In this document: positions 25,738 through 35,353 of the stretch, piece by piece
Layout: each line of letters starts with the position of its first letter
How positions within the stretch are numbered: the stretch's first letter is position 1
NCBI GenBank assembly: GCA_965205265.1
Contig: CBDBGH010000003.1
Coordinates: 2,688,001-2,752,000 of the forward strand
DNA: 64,000 bases
Reading direction: 5' to 3'
Origin: Alphaproteobacteria bacterium
Lineage (GTDB): Bacteria; Pseudomonadota; Alphaproteobacteria; Bin95
Notes under the pieces: model-generated
The model's database searches: none
Seen by the model: only the letters and a program-made list of their open reading frames with translations
What the model was told of the DNA's origin: nothing
Translations under genes and position numbers: made by a program

Positions 25738-28263
25738 TCAGAAGCGCATGTTGAGGGTGAGGAAGAAGGTGCGGCCCCAGCCGGCTGCCGTCGGCCCGTC
25801 CGTGCTGGAGGGGTCGGAAGTGTCCGTGGTGAGCTGCGTGTCGGTGAGGTTGAACACGCCGGCCGAGACCCGGGCGCCCTTGAGCCTCAGCGGGTCGGTC
25901 CAGTCCACCGACAGGTCGTGGCCGGTCCAGGACTTGAACGCCCCGGTATTGGTCTGGTTCCTGAAGCCGGCGCGGTAATTGGCGGTCCACACGGCGCTCA
26001 GATTACCGCGCCGCACCAGGAAGCCGACCCGGACGGCGTTCCGGGCGATGACGAACCGCTCCTTGCGGCCCGCGAAGCGGCGTTCCGCGTCCAGGACGTG
26101 CCTCCAGGCGCCCCGCATGCCGACGACGCCCCAACTCGTCCTCAAGCCACCGCCGAAGCGGGTATTGATGCCCGAGATCTCGGAATCGAGGATATTGTCG
26201 TAGCTCTGGTGGATGGTGATGTCGCCGCCATTGCGCTGGATGCAGTTGCTGCCGCCATCCGGGCATTCGGGCAGGTTCAGCATGGCCCAGGTGGCGGTGT
26301 TCAACGCCGGCTGGCCGGACACCGAGAGCCGGTACCATTCCGCGGCCAGGAAGAACGGCCCCCGGCGGGCCTCGGCGCCGACGGCGAGCCTCTCCGCTTC
26401 CGAAGGATCGAGCCGCGGGTTGCCGCTGGCCTCGCGCGTCACCTGCCGACGGTTCGGCGCGGCGCAGGCGCGGGGCGGGTCCCCGGTCCCCGGATCGCAC
26501 AGGATATAGGGGTGGTCCTGGTCCTCGGTGCTGTAGAGGTCCGCCATCGAGGGCGAACCCTCTCCCGTGCTCCAGGAACCGCGCAGCGTGACGATGCCGG
26601 TCGGCCGGTATTCGGCCCCGACGCGCCAGGACCCGAGCCCGCCCACATCGTCATATTCGACGCCGCGCCCCGCGACCCTGAGGTCCAGCCTGTCGGCCAG
26701 CGGCAGGGACATTTCGGCGAAGGCTGCGGACGTGTTCCGGTCGCCGGCGAAACTGACCCCGCCGGAGCCGAGCACCTCCCTCACATCGCGGATTTCGCCT
26801 TCGTGCTTTCCGCCGACATGGCGAAAGCGCAGCAGGCTGTGCGCTTCGACCCGGCCCAGCTCGACCCCCGCCGTCCACGCCGCATCGCGGCCGCCGAGCG
26901 CGAAGCCGGACCCCTCCAGCGCAAACCGGGCCGAAAGGACCTCCGCGCCGGAATCCCGTTCTTGCCGCAGGCTGCTGTCCGTTATGGCCTGCAAGTGGTT
27001 CGCATCTTGGGAAAACGGGTCCGCGAGGTCGTAGTGTCCGGCCTGAACGGCGTCCTGGATCGTCCTGCCATGCACCAGGGTATTGCCGGTGACGGCGCTG
27101 TCCCAACGCCAGGCGTCGAGGCGCGCATCGTAGCCGAGGCCCTCCGCCAGCCGGCCGGTAACGCCCAGGGAGAGGTCGTACTCCTCGCTGTCCGTCACCC
27201 AGTCGCGGTTGCCATGCACCACGAAGCGGTGCCCCACGGCGAACAGGTCGTTGGCGTCCGCCGTAAAGTCCGAGCCGGCCGCTTCGTTGATTGCGTCGAG
27301 AAGCCCTTGGTTCGTCGTATTCCCGTCGTCGTCCGTCAGCCCGAAGGAAAACACATCGACCGACGGGGCGTAGCGGAATGCCGAATCGCTCTGCGTGAGG
27401 TTCACGTCCAGATGCAGTTCGGCATCGCCGCCGAGGGGGTGGTCCAGGTTCAGGATGGCGCTCCGCTGCTCGAAGCTCGGCGTGTCCCACCAGATATTGC
27501 CGAAGGCGAAGCCGCAGCCCTCGTCGCCGTTGCGGATGCCGGGCGGGTTGGTAAGCGGGCCGGTATAGCCCTGCGCCGGGTTGCACGCCCCCAGCGCGAC
27601 CGATCTTACGCCTTGAAAATTCCCGCCATCGTCGAACCTGACGACATAGACGGTGTTGCCGCTGAGGCTGACATTCTTCGCGTCGCTGAACGAGCCGCCC
27701 TCGACCCATTCGGAGCGGCTGTGCTTGCGGGCCCTGCCGGGGATTTCCTGGCGGTCGAGCATGTCCACGCCGAGAGTCATGCGGCCCCCCTTGCCGACCG
27801 CGCCGCCCCAGAAGACGCTGCCCTGCCAGGCATCGCCGCCCTCCCGGCTCGGCGCCCGCGTTACCGTGCGCGTCTCGAAGCCGTCCAGATCCGTCCTGAG
27901 CACGATGTTGAGCGCGCCGCGCACCGTGCCGCCGATGGAGCCCAGGCCGTCGCCGCCGAGGACCTCGATGCGCTCCACGGCCGAGAGCGGCAAGGGCTCC
28001 AGATCGCCGTCGGTGGAGGCATAAGGCCTGCCATTGACCAGGACAAGCAGGTTCTGCCCCCCGGTGAGGAAGTAGCGGATGATGCCCGTGTCCAGCAGTT
28101 CCTGGAGCGTCTGGGCGCCGGAGCGCTCGATGAAGGCCCGGTCGTATTTGGCGACGACGCGCGGCTGCGGCGCCAGCGGGCCGGCATGGGCCGCGCCCGC
28201 CACCAGCATGGCGAGAGCGGCAAACAACACCAGCAAGGTCTTCGGGGAGATTTCACTTTTCAT
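25738..28263 (-). CDS. TonB-dependent receptor, separated from its native RBS and promoter by IS1595 insertion
   Basis: Signal peptide, LVLVNGRP and PLSAVERIEVL plug motifs, AGVFNLTD, C-terminal FFLTLNMRF. Confidence 0.9.
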   Translation of the reverse strand: MKSEISPKTLLVLFAALAMLVAGAAHAGPLAPQPRVVAKYDRAFIERSGAQTLQELLDTGIIRYFLTGGQNLLVLVNGRPYASTDGDLEPLPLSAVERIEVLGGDGLGSIGGTVRGALNIVLRTDLDGFETRTVTRAPSREGGDAWQGSVFWGGAVGKGGRMTLGVDMLDRQEIPGRARKHSRSEWVEGGSFSDAKNVSLSGNTVYVVRFDDGGNFQGVRSVALGACNPAQGYTGPLTNPPGIRNGDEGCGFAFGNIWWDTPSFEQRSAILNLDHPLGGDAELHLDVNLTQSDSAFRYAPSVDVFSFGLTDDDGNTTNQGLLDAINEAAGSDFTADANDLFAVGHRFVVHGNRDWVTDSEEYDLSLGVTGRLAEGLGYDARLDAWRWDSAVTGNTLVHGRTIQDAVQAGHYDLADPFSQDANHLQAITDSSLRQERDSGAEVLSARFALEGSGFALGGRDAAWTAGVELGRVEAHSLLRFRHVGGKHEGEIRDVREVLGSGGVSFAGDRNTSAAFAEMSLPLADRLDLRVAGRGVEYDDVGGLGSWRVGAEYRPTGIVTLRGSWSTGEGSPSMADLYSTEDQDHPYILCDPGTGDPPRACAAPNRRQVTREASGNPRLDPSEAERLAVGAEARRGPFFLAAEWYRLSVSGQPALNTATWAMLNLPECPDGGSNCIQRNGGDITIHQSYDNILDSEISGINTRFGGGLRTSWGVVGMRGAWRHVLDAERRFAGRKERFVIARNAVRVGFLVRRGNLSAVWTANYRAGFRNQTNTGAFKSWTGHDLSVDWTDPLRLKGARVSAGVFNLTDTQLTTDTSDPSSTDGPTAAGWGRTFFLTLNMRF

Positions 28264-28277
28264 AGGGGATTATATAC

Positions 28278-28306
28278 TTGACGGCGCAAACCGGAGCGCC
28301 TATATT
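28278..28306 (+). promoter_or_regulatory. IS1595 transposase promoter overlapping the left TIR
   Basis: TTGACG-17nt-TATATT followed by GGAGG RBS before ATG 28330. Confidence 0.65.
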
Positions 28307-28329
28307 CATCCTTACAGGGAGGATCCACT

Positions 28330-29295
28330 ATGGCGAAAGCACCGGGTAAGGCACACCGCGAAGGCATCACGCTCTTGCAGGTTGTGGAGATGTTCCCGAC
28401 CGAGGAAAGCGCCCATGACTGGTTCGCGGATATGCGCTGGGGCCGCACCGGCCGTTTCTGCCCGCGTTGCGGTAACACCGAGACGACGCAGAAGGGCTTG
28501 ACCTTTTGGTGCGGCGGTTGCCGCCGTCGGTTCACGGTCCGCACCGGCACGGCGATGGAGCGGTCGAAGATTCCGCTGCGCAAGTGGGTCATCGCCATCT
28601 ACTTGAGCGTGACAAGCCTCAAAGGCGTGTCGTCGATGAAGCTGCACCGCGACCTTGGCATTACGCAGAAGAGCGCATGGTTCATGGCGCACCGCATCCG
28701 GGAAGCCATGATGGGCGAGCCGGGCGGGTTCTTCGGCCCTGCCGAGGCGGACGAAACCTACTTTGGAGGCAAACGGAAGAACATGAGCAACCGGAAGCGG
28801 AAGGAGCTTGCCGGGACGGGCCGGGGCACGGTCGGCAAAGCCGCCGTGGCCGGTGTGAAGGACCGGGACAGCAACAAGGTCGCGGCCCGCGTCATGGAAG
28901 CGACGAAGGCGGACGACCTGCAACGCTTCGTCCGGGACAATGTGCAGCCCGGCGCCACCCTCTATACGGACGAAGCGGCCGCCTACAAGGGAATGCCCGA
29001 ATTCGATCACGAGGCGGTCAATCACTCGGTTGCCGAGTATGTGCGCGGGCAGGCGCACACGAACGGGATGGAAAGCTTCTGGTCGATGTTGAAGCGGGCC
29101 TACGCCGGAACCTTTCACAAGTTTTCGCATAAGCACCTTCAGCGGTATGTCGATGAATTCTCGACGCGCCACAATCTCCGCGACATGGACACGGCGGACA
29201 TGATGGCGGCGCTCGCCGCTGGCATGGTCGGCAAGCGCCTCCTTTACAGCGACTTGATTGCGGACAACGGCCTGTCCTCCGGCGCTCGAAGCTGA
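28330..29295 (+). CDS. IS1595-family DDE transposase
   Basis: CPRCG..WCGGC zinc ribbon, KGVSSMKLHRDLGITQKSAW HTH, EADETYFGG, YTDEAAAY, HTNGMESFW. Confidence 0.95.
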   Translation: MAKAPGKAHREGITLLQVVEMFPTEESAHDWFADMRWGRTGRFCPRCGNTETTQKGLTFWCGGCRRRFTVRTGTAMERSKIPLRKWVIAIYLSVTSLKGVSSMKLHRDLGITQKSAWFMAHRIREAMMGEPGGFFGPAEADETYFGGKRKNMSNRKRKELAGTGRGTVGKAAVAGVKDRDSNKVAARVMEATKADDLQRFVRDNVQPGATLYTDEAAAYKGMPEFDHEAVNHSVAEYVRGQAHTNGMESFWSMLKRAYAGTFHKFSHKHLQRYVDEFSTRHNLRDMDTADMMAALAAGMVGKRLLYSDLIADNGLSSGARS

Positions 29296-29296
29296 C

Positions 29297-30310
29297 ATGG
29301 CGCTGCAAACGGTCATTCCGCCGACCGACCTAAGCGCGGAAGCCCTCGCCCGCCGCCTGCTGAATGAGGGATGGATGGAGGACGGCCGCCATCCCCTGCA
29401 CCTCCGCAAGGCGCGTTTCCTCGACCGGCTGCGCAGCACCGGCAAGCTGGACTACAAGCGGTATCTGGCCTCGCCGCTGCGCTACGCGGGCGGCAAGAGC
29501 CTCGCCGTCGGCATGGTCGTGGAACTCATGCCCGATGTCGTGGAGCGCGTCGCGTCGCCTTTCATGGGCGGCGGCTCCGTCGAGATCGCTCTTGCCCGCG
29601 AACTCGAACTGCCGGTCGCGGCCTACGATGTCTTCGACATTCTCTGCGCCTACTGGCAAGAGCAGTTGCAGCGCCCGGCCGCACTGGCGAAGCGGCTCCG
29701 GGCCTTCACGCCGGATCGGCCCACCTTCGCCGCCGTCAAAGCCCGGCTGGAAGCGCACTGGAAGCGCGGGGAGGCGTTGAACCGCTACGACCTCGCCGCT
29801 CACTACTACTTCAACTCGAACACCTCCTACGGGCCGCATTTCCTCGGCTGGCCGTCCGATGTGTATCTGGCACCGGATCGTTACGGGAAGACGGTGGAGA
29901 AGGTCGAGGCGTTTCGCGCGCCGGGGCTGACCGTGGAGTGCGCGGGCTTCGAGGAGTCGATACCGCATCACGCGGCGGACTTCCTCTACTGCGACCCGCC
30001 CTACTACCTCGAAGAGGGCAAGACTTTCGTGGGGATGTATCCGCACCGGAACTTCCCGATTCACCATGACGGCTTCCGGCATGAGGCGTTGCGCGATTTG
30101 CTCTTGCGCCACCGGGCCGGATTCATCCTGTCCTACAACGACTGCCCGACGATCCGCGACTGGTATTCCGACTGCAATATCGAGACGCCGGAATGGCAAT
30201 ACACCTTCGGGCAGGGCGATACGCGCATCGGCGAGAACCGGCGCGAGCGCAACGGCGGGTCGCATGTGAAGAAGTCGCACGAACTGCTTATCTGGCGGCA
30301 TCCCCGGTGA
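29297..30310 (+). CDS. D12/Dam-class DNA adenine methyltransferase
   Basis: SPLRYAGGKS, SPFMGGGSV, YCDPPY, FILSYND, HELLI. Confidence 0.92.
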   Translation: MALQTVIPPTDLSAEALARRLLNEGWMEDGRHPLHLRKARFLDRLRSTGKLDYKRYLASPLRYAGGKSLAVGMVVELMPDVVERVASPFMGGGSVEIALARELELPVAAYDVFDILCAYWQEQLQRPAALAKRLRAFTPDRPTFAAVKARLEAHWKRGEALNRYDLAAHYYFNSNTSYGPHFLGWPSDVYLAPDRYGKTVEKVEAFRAPGLTVECAGFEESIPHHAADFLYCDPPYYLEEGKTFVGMYPHRNFPIHHDGFRHEALRDLLLRHRAGFILSYNDCPTIRDWYSDCNIETPEWQYTFGQGDTRIGENRRERNGGSHVKKSHELLIWRHPR

Positions 30311-31074
30311 ACGCTCGCCGCGCAAGCACGACCGAGGCAGCCCGCGAATACCGGCAACGCGGCCATGACGACGCGCTGCTGTTCGCGCTCGCCATCGGGC
30401 TTGAGGATGACTACCGCCGCGACCAAGCGGCGAAGAAGGATGTCATCGACCCGGCCGGAGACGCGCACTCGGTCAAGTCCGGGCGCATCAAGTGGCAGGT
30501 CTTCCTCTACCGGCGAAACCGCTTCCTCGACGACGACGGGTTCCAGGCGCTCAATGGGGTCGGCTCGCTCCTGGTCCACTGCATTGACGCCTTCCCGCCG
30601 CGCTACAGCGACTATGAGGACAACAAGGAACCGGCCAAACTCCGCCTGCAAGCGCCCATGCGGGAGCTCAAAGACCGCTTCCAGCGCAAGGCTCTCCTGC
30701 GGGCCTTCCTGCGCAAGTCGCTCTTCAACGGCGCGGAGGTGCAATATCTGACGGTGCTGCGGGACGGCGTCTTCTGCGTCTATTGGAGCGACGATGTTGT
30801 CACGGCGATGGCGGACGGCTTCGAAGTCGTGAACTCGACGGCTCGTCGGCCCGGAGAATTCGACGCACAGAAGGTGCTCTTCCGGCATGAGGGCCGCAAT
30901 GTCGGGGAACTCGAAATGCGGAACTCCAGCCCCGGCCATTACGGCGAGGTGCTGTTCAACATGAACCGGGAACCGTGCCTTGCGCTCTTGGACGCGGCCG
31001 GCTTGGAGACTGCCGAGTGGTCGTCCGAAGTCCGGCTATACGGACAGGCGCGGCGGACCTTCGGTCGCTGGTAG
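30307..31074 (+). CDS. Putative type II restriction endonuclease (GTG start overlapping methylase stop)
   Basis: Coupled to methylase inside the IS; KKDVID..GDAHSVKS resembles a PD-(D/E)xK variant; function inferred from context. Confidence 0.6.
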   Translation: MNARRASTTEAAREYRQRGHDDALLFALAIGLEDDYRRDQAAKKDVIDPAGDAHSVKSGRIKWQVFLYRRNRFLDDDGFQALNGVGSLLVHCIDAFPPRYSDYEDNKEPAKLRLQAPMRELKDRFQRKALLRAFLRKSLFNGAEVQYLTVLRDGVFCVYWSDDVVTAMADGFEVVNSTARRPGEFDAQKVLFRHEGRNVGELEMRNSSPGHYGEVLFNMNREPCLALLDAAGLETAEWSSEVRLYGQARRTFGRW

Positions 31075-31184
31075 TTTGCGCAAGCATGTATATAATCCCC
31101 TTTTCATACATCCCTCCTGCGTGCGGCCCGGACATCGCAAAGGTGCACCGGCCGCTTTCCATGGCGCAATCCGGTCATTGCCGA

Positions 31185-31265
31185 CCATTGAATATTTCGC
31201 AGCTATATCATTAGCTCAAATACTATTTTATGTTCGTTGCCTATAGTATTTTCAAATAACCGAGC
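31185..31265 (-). promoter_or_regulatory. AT-rich former promoter region of the TonB receptor with inverted repeats
   Basis: AAATACTAT-N16-ATAGTATTT (31218-31251) and AGCTA-N6-TAGCT (31201-31216); orphaned GGAGG RBS just right of the IS. Confidence 0.45.
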
Positions 31266-31298
31266 GATTGGCCGCGCGGAATTCCGGTTGCCGGAGCC

Positions 31299-32060
31299 TT
31301 ACAGCCTGCCGGCGGAGACGCCGCCATCGACCATATAGACGCCGCCGGTGCAGAAGCTCGACTCCTCGCTCGCCAGGAACAGCATCAGCCGCGCGACCTC
31401 TTCCGGCTCGCCATAGCGGCGCAGCGGCGTCGCGCCGGCGAGCGGCTGGTTGGCGCCGGCGCGGTCCACGCCGTGCATCCCTTCGAGGCTCTGGATCATG
31501 CGCGTGTCGATGGGCGAGGGATTGACCGTGTTCACACGGATGTTCGAGGCCGCCCCCTCGATGGCGGCCGAGCGCATCAGCCCGATCACCGCATGCTTGG
31601 AGGCGGTATAGGCGGACATGTCCGGAATGGCGCGGATGCCGGCGGTCGAGGAAGTCAGCACCAGCGAGCCGCCGCCGCGCCGCTCCAGATGCGGCATCAG
31701 CGCCTTGAGGCCGAGCCAGACCGCGCGCGTGTTGACCGCCATGACGCGGTCGAACATCTCCACCGTATAGTCGGCTATGGGCGCGAGCGTGCCCTCTATG
31801 CCGGCATTCAGCAGGCCGATGTCGATGCCGCCGAACCGCTCGGCCGCCGCAGCCGCAATCGCCTCGTTTGCGGCCGGCTCGGACACATCGCCCGCATGCC
31901 AGGCCGCGCCGGTTTCGCCCGCCAGCGCCTCCAGCCTGTCCGCATCCAGATCGACCAGCATCAGCGCCGCGCCCTCTGCCGCGAACAGTCTGGACGCCGC
32001 CGCCCCGATACCCCCGGTCGCCCCCGTAATCACCGCTACCTTGCCGGCCAGCCTTGCCAT
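31299..32060 (-). CDS. SDR family oxidoreductase
   Basis: ITGATGGIG, NAGI, YTASKHAV, RVNTVNP, VDGG. Confidence 0.92.
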   Translation of the reverse strand: MARLAGKVAVITGATGGIGAAASRLFAAEGAALMLVDLDADRLEALAGETGAAWHAGDVSEPAANEAIAAAAAERFGGIDIGLLNAGIEGTLAPIADYTVEMFDRVMAVNTRAVWLGLKALMPHLERRGGGSLVLTSSTAGIRAIPDMSAYTASKHAVIGLMRSAAIEGAASNIRVNTVNPSPIDTRMIQSLEGMHGVDRAGANQPLAGATPLRRYGEPEEVARLMLFLASEESSFCTGGVYMVDGGVSAGRL

Positions 32061-32083
32061 GCCCCGCTCTCCCCCGCGCCGTT

Positions 32084-32455
32084 CTACCCGCCCCCACGCT
32101 CCGGCGGCGCCGGATCGTGGACCGCGCCGGCGTATTCGACAAGCCCTTCCGCGCCAGGCAGGAAGACGACGCCCGCCCGCTTCCAGCCGGCGGCGATCCG
32201 GCGCGCCCGGACCGTGCAGCCGAGCCAGCGCGCGAGCGCCGCCAGCAGGCAGAGCGCCAGCCCGCCCGCATTGGCGTAGATCATCCACGCCGCCATGCCC
32301 GCCGGCTCGAAGAACAGCAGGAAGGCCAGCGCCAGCCCGCCGATCGCCGCCAGCCAGACCGCGCAGATCGAGCCGTCCGCCTCCCGCGCAAGCCCCGCCA
32401 CCGCCCGCGCATCGCGCCCGATAGCCGGCTGGAACTCAGTGGGCAGCCCGGTCAT
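32084..32455 (-). CDS. Small membrane protein, two predicted TM segments
   Basis: Hydrophobic stretches ICAVWLAAIGGLALAFLLFF and AGGLALCLLAALARWL. Confidence 0.45.
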   Translation of the reverse strand: MTGLPTEFQPAIGRDARAVAGLAREADGSICAVWLAAIGGLALAFLLFFEPAGMAAWMIYANAGGLALCLLAALARWLGCTVRARRIAAGWKRAGVVFLPGAEGLVEYAGAVHDPAPPERGGG

Positions 32456-32575
32456 GAACGGCTCCTCCGCAATTGCGACGGATGCGACGACCCGCCAGGT
32501 CAGCCCTGCCGGGCGCCGGCGCTCACTATAGGATATAAGCGAAGATTCCTGCACCGGACGACACCGGAACGCGCC

Positions 32576-32720
32576 ATGCCGCAGCACGTCGACCGCGATG
32601 AGGACATCGAGGACCTGCTCGCCGCCATCGACAGGCTCCGCGACCCCGACGATCCGGTGTTGGCGTGGGACGAGGTCCGGTATGAACTTCTCGATAGGGA
32701 CTAATACCAGCGGTCGTTGA
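32576..32720 (+). pseudogene. Remnant of a RelBE-like toxin-antitoxin module
   Basis: 42-aa ORF ending EDIEDLLAAIDRLRDPDDPVLAWDEVRYELL (antitoxin C-terminus-like) overlapped by a 12-codon MNFSIG.. ORF (32682-32720). Confidence 0.45.
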
Positions 32721-32765
32721 CCGGAACCCGTTCCGGCTTGGACGCCGCCGCCCTGATTGCCCGTC

Positions 32766-32853
32766 CGTCATGCCCGGACTTGTTCCGGGCATCCATGCGG
32801 CCGCCCGGCAGAAGCGGTGGAGGGAGATGCCCGGAACAAGTCCGGGCATGACG
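32766..32853. repeat. REP-like palindromic element, copy 2
   Basis: Arms near-identical to 21634-21721. Confidence 0.88.
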
Positions 32854-32979
32854 ATATGGGGAACGGGCATCACGGGAAGAGGAGCGGGGCAGCGCCTTTG
32901 GCCCTGTCTCGAAACGCCCCGGCACCAGTTCCCAAACGGACACTCAGAATGAGGGGAACTGGCGCGCTGTCGCCGAGGG

Positions 32980-33555
32980 CTACTTGTCCTCGACGCCGAG
33001 CGCGGCGGTGCGGAAGCGGCGCTTGAGGTGCGGGCCGTCCTGCGGCGGCAGCGCGCCGGGTTCGCTCTCCGGCGCGACCTTGAGGATGGCGACCAGCGGC
33101 CCTACGCCCTGCCGGAGCGCAGCGACGGCCTCCGCCAGCTCGGCTTCCGTGCGGACCGTCCAAGATTGCCGGACGCCGCCCGCCGCCGCCATGGCGGCAA
33201 GGTCCGCGCCGCGCGCCGTGTGCGTCGCCTGCCCGCCGGTCTCGCCATAGCGCTCATTGTCGAGGATGCAGATCGCGAGGTTCTCCGGCGCCTCGGCCCC
33301 GACGGTCGCGAACGCGCCCGCGCTCATCAGCGCGTCGCCGTCGCCCGTCACCACCAGCACCCGGCGCTCCGGCTGCGCCAGCGCGATCCCGAGGCCCGCC
33401 GGTACGGCCCCGCCCATCGCGCCCCAGAGATAGAAATTGCGCGGGTCGTCGCCGGCCGCGAAACAGTCGAAGCAGGGCTGGCCGAGCCCCGCGACCACCA
33501 GCAGGCCGCCCCGGTCCGCCAGCAGCCGGCTGACGGCCTCCCTCCGGTTCAGCAT
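32980..33555 (-). CDS. ThDP-dependent decarboxylase beta subunit (ComE/phosphonopyruvate decarboxylase-like)
   Basis: FYLWGAMGGA, GDGDALM...DNERYGETGGQ ThDP-binding motif. Confidence 0.85.
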   Translation of the reverse strand: MLNRREAVSRLLADRGGLLVVAGLGQPCFDCFAAGDDPRNFYLWGAMGGAVPAGLGIALAQPERRVLVVTGDGDALMSAGAFATVGAEAPENLAICILDNERYGETGGQATHTARGADLAAMAAAGGVRQSWTVRTEAELAEAVAALRQGVGPLVAILKVAPESEPGALPPQDGPHLKRRFRTAALGVEDK

Positions 33556-34073
33556 GAGGCCGGCTCCTCGAACACCTTGGCGCCGATCAGCCGCTGCCCG
33601 AGCAGCACGGCGGCGATGGAGTTGGTGAAATAGGCGAAGCGGAAGGCCGACCCGACGGTCTCGCGCACGTCTTCCGGCCGGTCGCAGCGGTAGCAGGTCG
33701 CCCCACAGAGCTCCAGATGCGCCTGGGTCGTTGCGCCCATCGGCTTCTGCCAGCTATTGAACTCGCCCCATTCGCCGCGCATGGTCACCAGCATCACCAG
33801 CGGGAAGGCGCAGGTCCTGGCCAGGGAGAGCATGTTGACGCAGTTGCCGACGCCCGAGGATTGCAGCAGCAGCACGCCCTTCGCGCCGCCGAGCCAGGCG
33901 CCGGCGAGCAGCGCCACGCCCTCCTCCTCCGTGGTGAGCGACACCGCGCGCAGGTCGTTGTCCTCTATCGAGCGCTCGATCAGCCGGCTGTGCCCGGCGT
34001 CCGGCACATAGGCGACCTGCGTCACGCCCGCCGCCTTGATGGTCTCGAAAATCCCGTCCCGCCAGTCGTCCAT
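33549..34073 (-). CDS. ThDP-dependent decarboxylase alpha subunit (ComD-like)
   Basis: YVPDAGH, TTEEEGVA..AGAWLGG, LQSSGVGN, MRGEWGEFN.WQ. Confidence 0.85.
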   Translation of the reverse strand: MDDWRDGIFETIKAAGVTQVAYVPDAGHSRLIERSIEDNDLRAVSLTTEEEGVALLAGAWLGGAKGVLLLQSSGVGNCVNMLSLARTCAFPLVMLVTMRGEWGEFNSWQKPMGATTQAHLELCGATCYRCDRPEDVRETVGSAFRFAYFTNSIAAVLLGQRLIGAKVFEEPASC

Positions 34074-34124
34074 GTCCGTTCCGGCCCCCCCTGTCGGCGC
34101 TTCCATATACCGGAGCCGGCGAGC

Positions 34125-35321
34125 ATGAGCACCTCCCGGGTCCATTTGGCGGAGACCGCGCGCCCGGCGCTCCGCATCTCGCTCTTCTATACCGCCTATT
34201 TCACCATGGTCGGCGTCTATCAGCCCTTTTTCCCGCTCTGGCTGGAGTCGCGGGGCCTGGACGCCACCGACATCGCCTGGGTCATGGCCGCGAGCATATT
34301 CCTGCGCGTGGCCGTCAACCCCGGCGTCATGCTGTTCGCGGACTGGCGGGGCGAAAGGCGGCGCTATGCGTTCCGCTTTGCGCTCGCCTCGGTGGCGGTC
34401 GCCGCCTGTTTCCCGCTGGCGGAAGGCTTCTGGCCGGTGCTCGGCCTCGTGCTGCTGTTCGCGCTCGCCCACGGGCCGACCCTGCCGCTTTCGGACAATA
34501 TCGCGCTGCTGACGGCGCGCGCCCGCCGGCTCGACTACGGCAGAATGCGCGTGTGGGGCTCGGTCGCCTTCATCATGGCCTCGACGGCCGGCGGATGGGC
34601 GCTGGCCGGGCGCGGCGACGAGGCCATCGTCGCGGCCATGGTCGCCGGGCTCCTGCTGGTGACGGCGGCGACGGCGACCCTTCCGGACGCCCGCCCGGAG
34701 ACCCCGCCAGGGGCGCACCGGGCCATGCGCCGGGCGCTCGGGCGGCTGGTGCAGGACGGCGGCTTCCTGCTCTGCACCGGCGCCATCGCCTGCAACATGG
34801 CGAGCCATGCCGTGCTGATGGGCTACGGCACGATCCACTGGGAGAAGGCGGGCTACGACAAGGACATCACCGGGCCGCTATGGGCGGTGGGCGTCATCTC
34901 GGAAGTTGCGCTCTTCGCGCTCGGCAACCGGGTCGCGGACCGGCTCGGCATCGCCGGCCTGATTGCGCTCGGCGCCTCGGCCGCCATGCTGCGCTGGGCC
35001 GGCACGGCGCTGACGACCGAGCTCTGGCTGCTCGCGCCGGTGCAGATGCTGCACGGCTTCACCTTCGCCGCAACCCATCTCGGCGGCATGATCTACCTCC
35101 AGCGCCATGTGCCGCCGGAAATCTCGGCGACCGCGCAGGGCCTCTATTCGTCCATTGCGATGGGCGGAGCCCTCGGCTGCGCGCTGCTGGCGGCCGGGCC
35201 GCTCTACGAGAGCTTCGGCGGCGATGCGTTCTGGTTCATGTCGGCGCTTTCGGCGTGCAGCCTGCTGCTGGCGGGCGTCCTTGCGCGCCGGATGCGCCGC
35301 GGGCCGCGCCCGCCGGGTTAG
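34125..35321 (+). CDS. MFS transporter (HcaT/MFS_1-like)
   Basis: About 12 TM segments, DYGRMRVWGS, Q.LHGFTFA, ATAQGLY. Confidence 0.88.
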   Translation: MSTSRVHLAETARPALRISLFYTAYFTMVGVYQPFFPLWLESRGLDATDIAWVMAASIFLRVAVNPGVMLFADWRGERRRYAFRFALASVAVAACFPLAEGFWPVLGLVLLFALAHGPTLPLSDNIALLTARARRLDYGRMRVWGSVAFIMASTAGGWALAGRGDEAIVAAMVAGLLLVTAATATLPDARPETPPGAHRAMRRALGRLVQDGGFLLCTGAIACNMASHAVLMGYGTIHWEKAGYDKDITGPLWAVGVISEVALFALGNRVADRLGIAGLIALGASAAMLRWAGTALTTELWLLAPVQMLHGFTFAATHLGGMIYLQRHVPPEISATAQGLYSSIAMGGALGCALLAAGPLYESFGGDAFWFMSALSACSLLLAGVLARRMRRGPRPPG

Positions 35322-35353
35322 TACGGTGTCTGTTCATGTTGAACCGGAGCGGC

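Larger units (their letters stand above)
28265..31100 (+). mobile_element. IS1595-family transporter IS carrying a methylase/endonuclease pair
   Basis: 27-bp TIRs GGGGATTATATAC(T/A)TG...GCGCAAAC (23/27 identical); 8-bp TSD TTTTCATA at 28257-28264 and 31101-31108. Confidence 0.93.

Noticed and set aside
32927-32962. CCAGTTCCC/GGGAACTGG hairpin similar to the one in the integrase element end
   Set aside because: The arm order is opposite and similarity is only 8-9 nt; more likely a local terminator-like hairpin.
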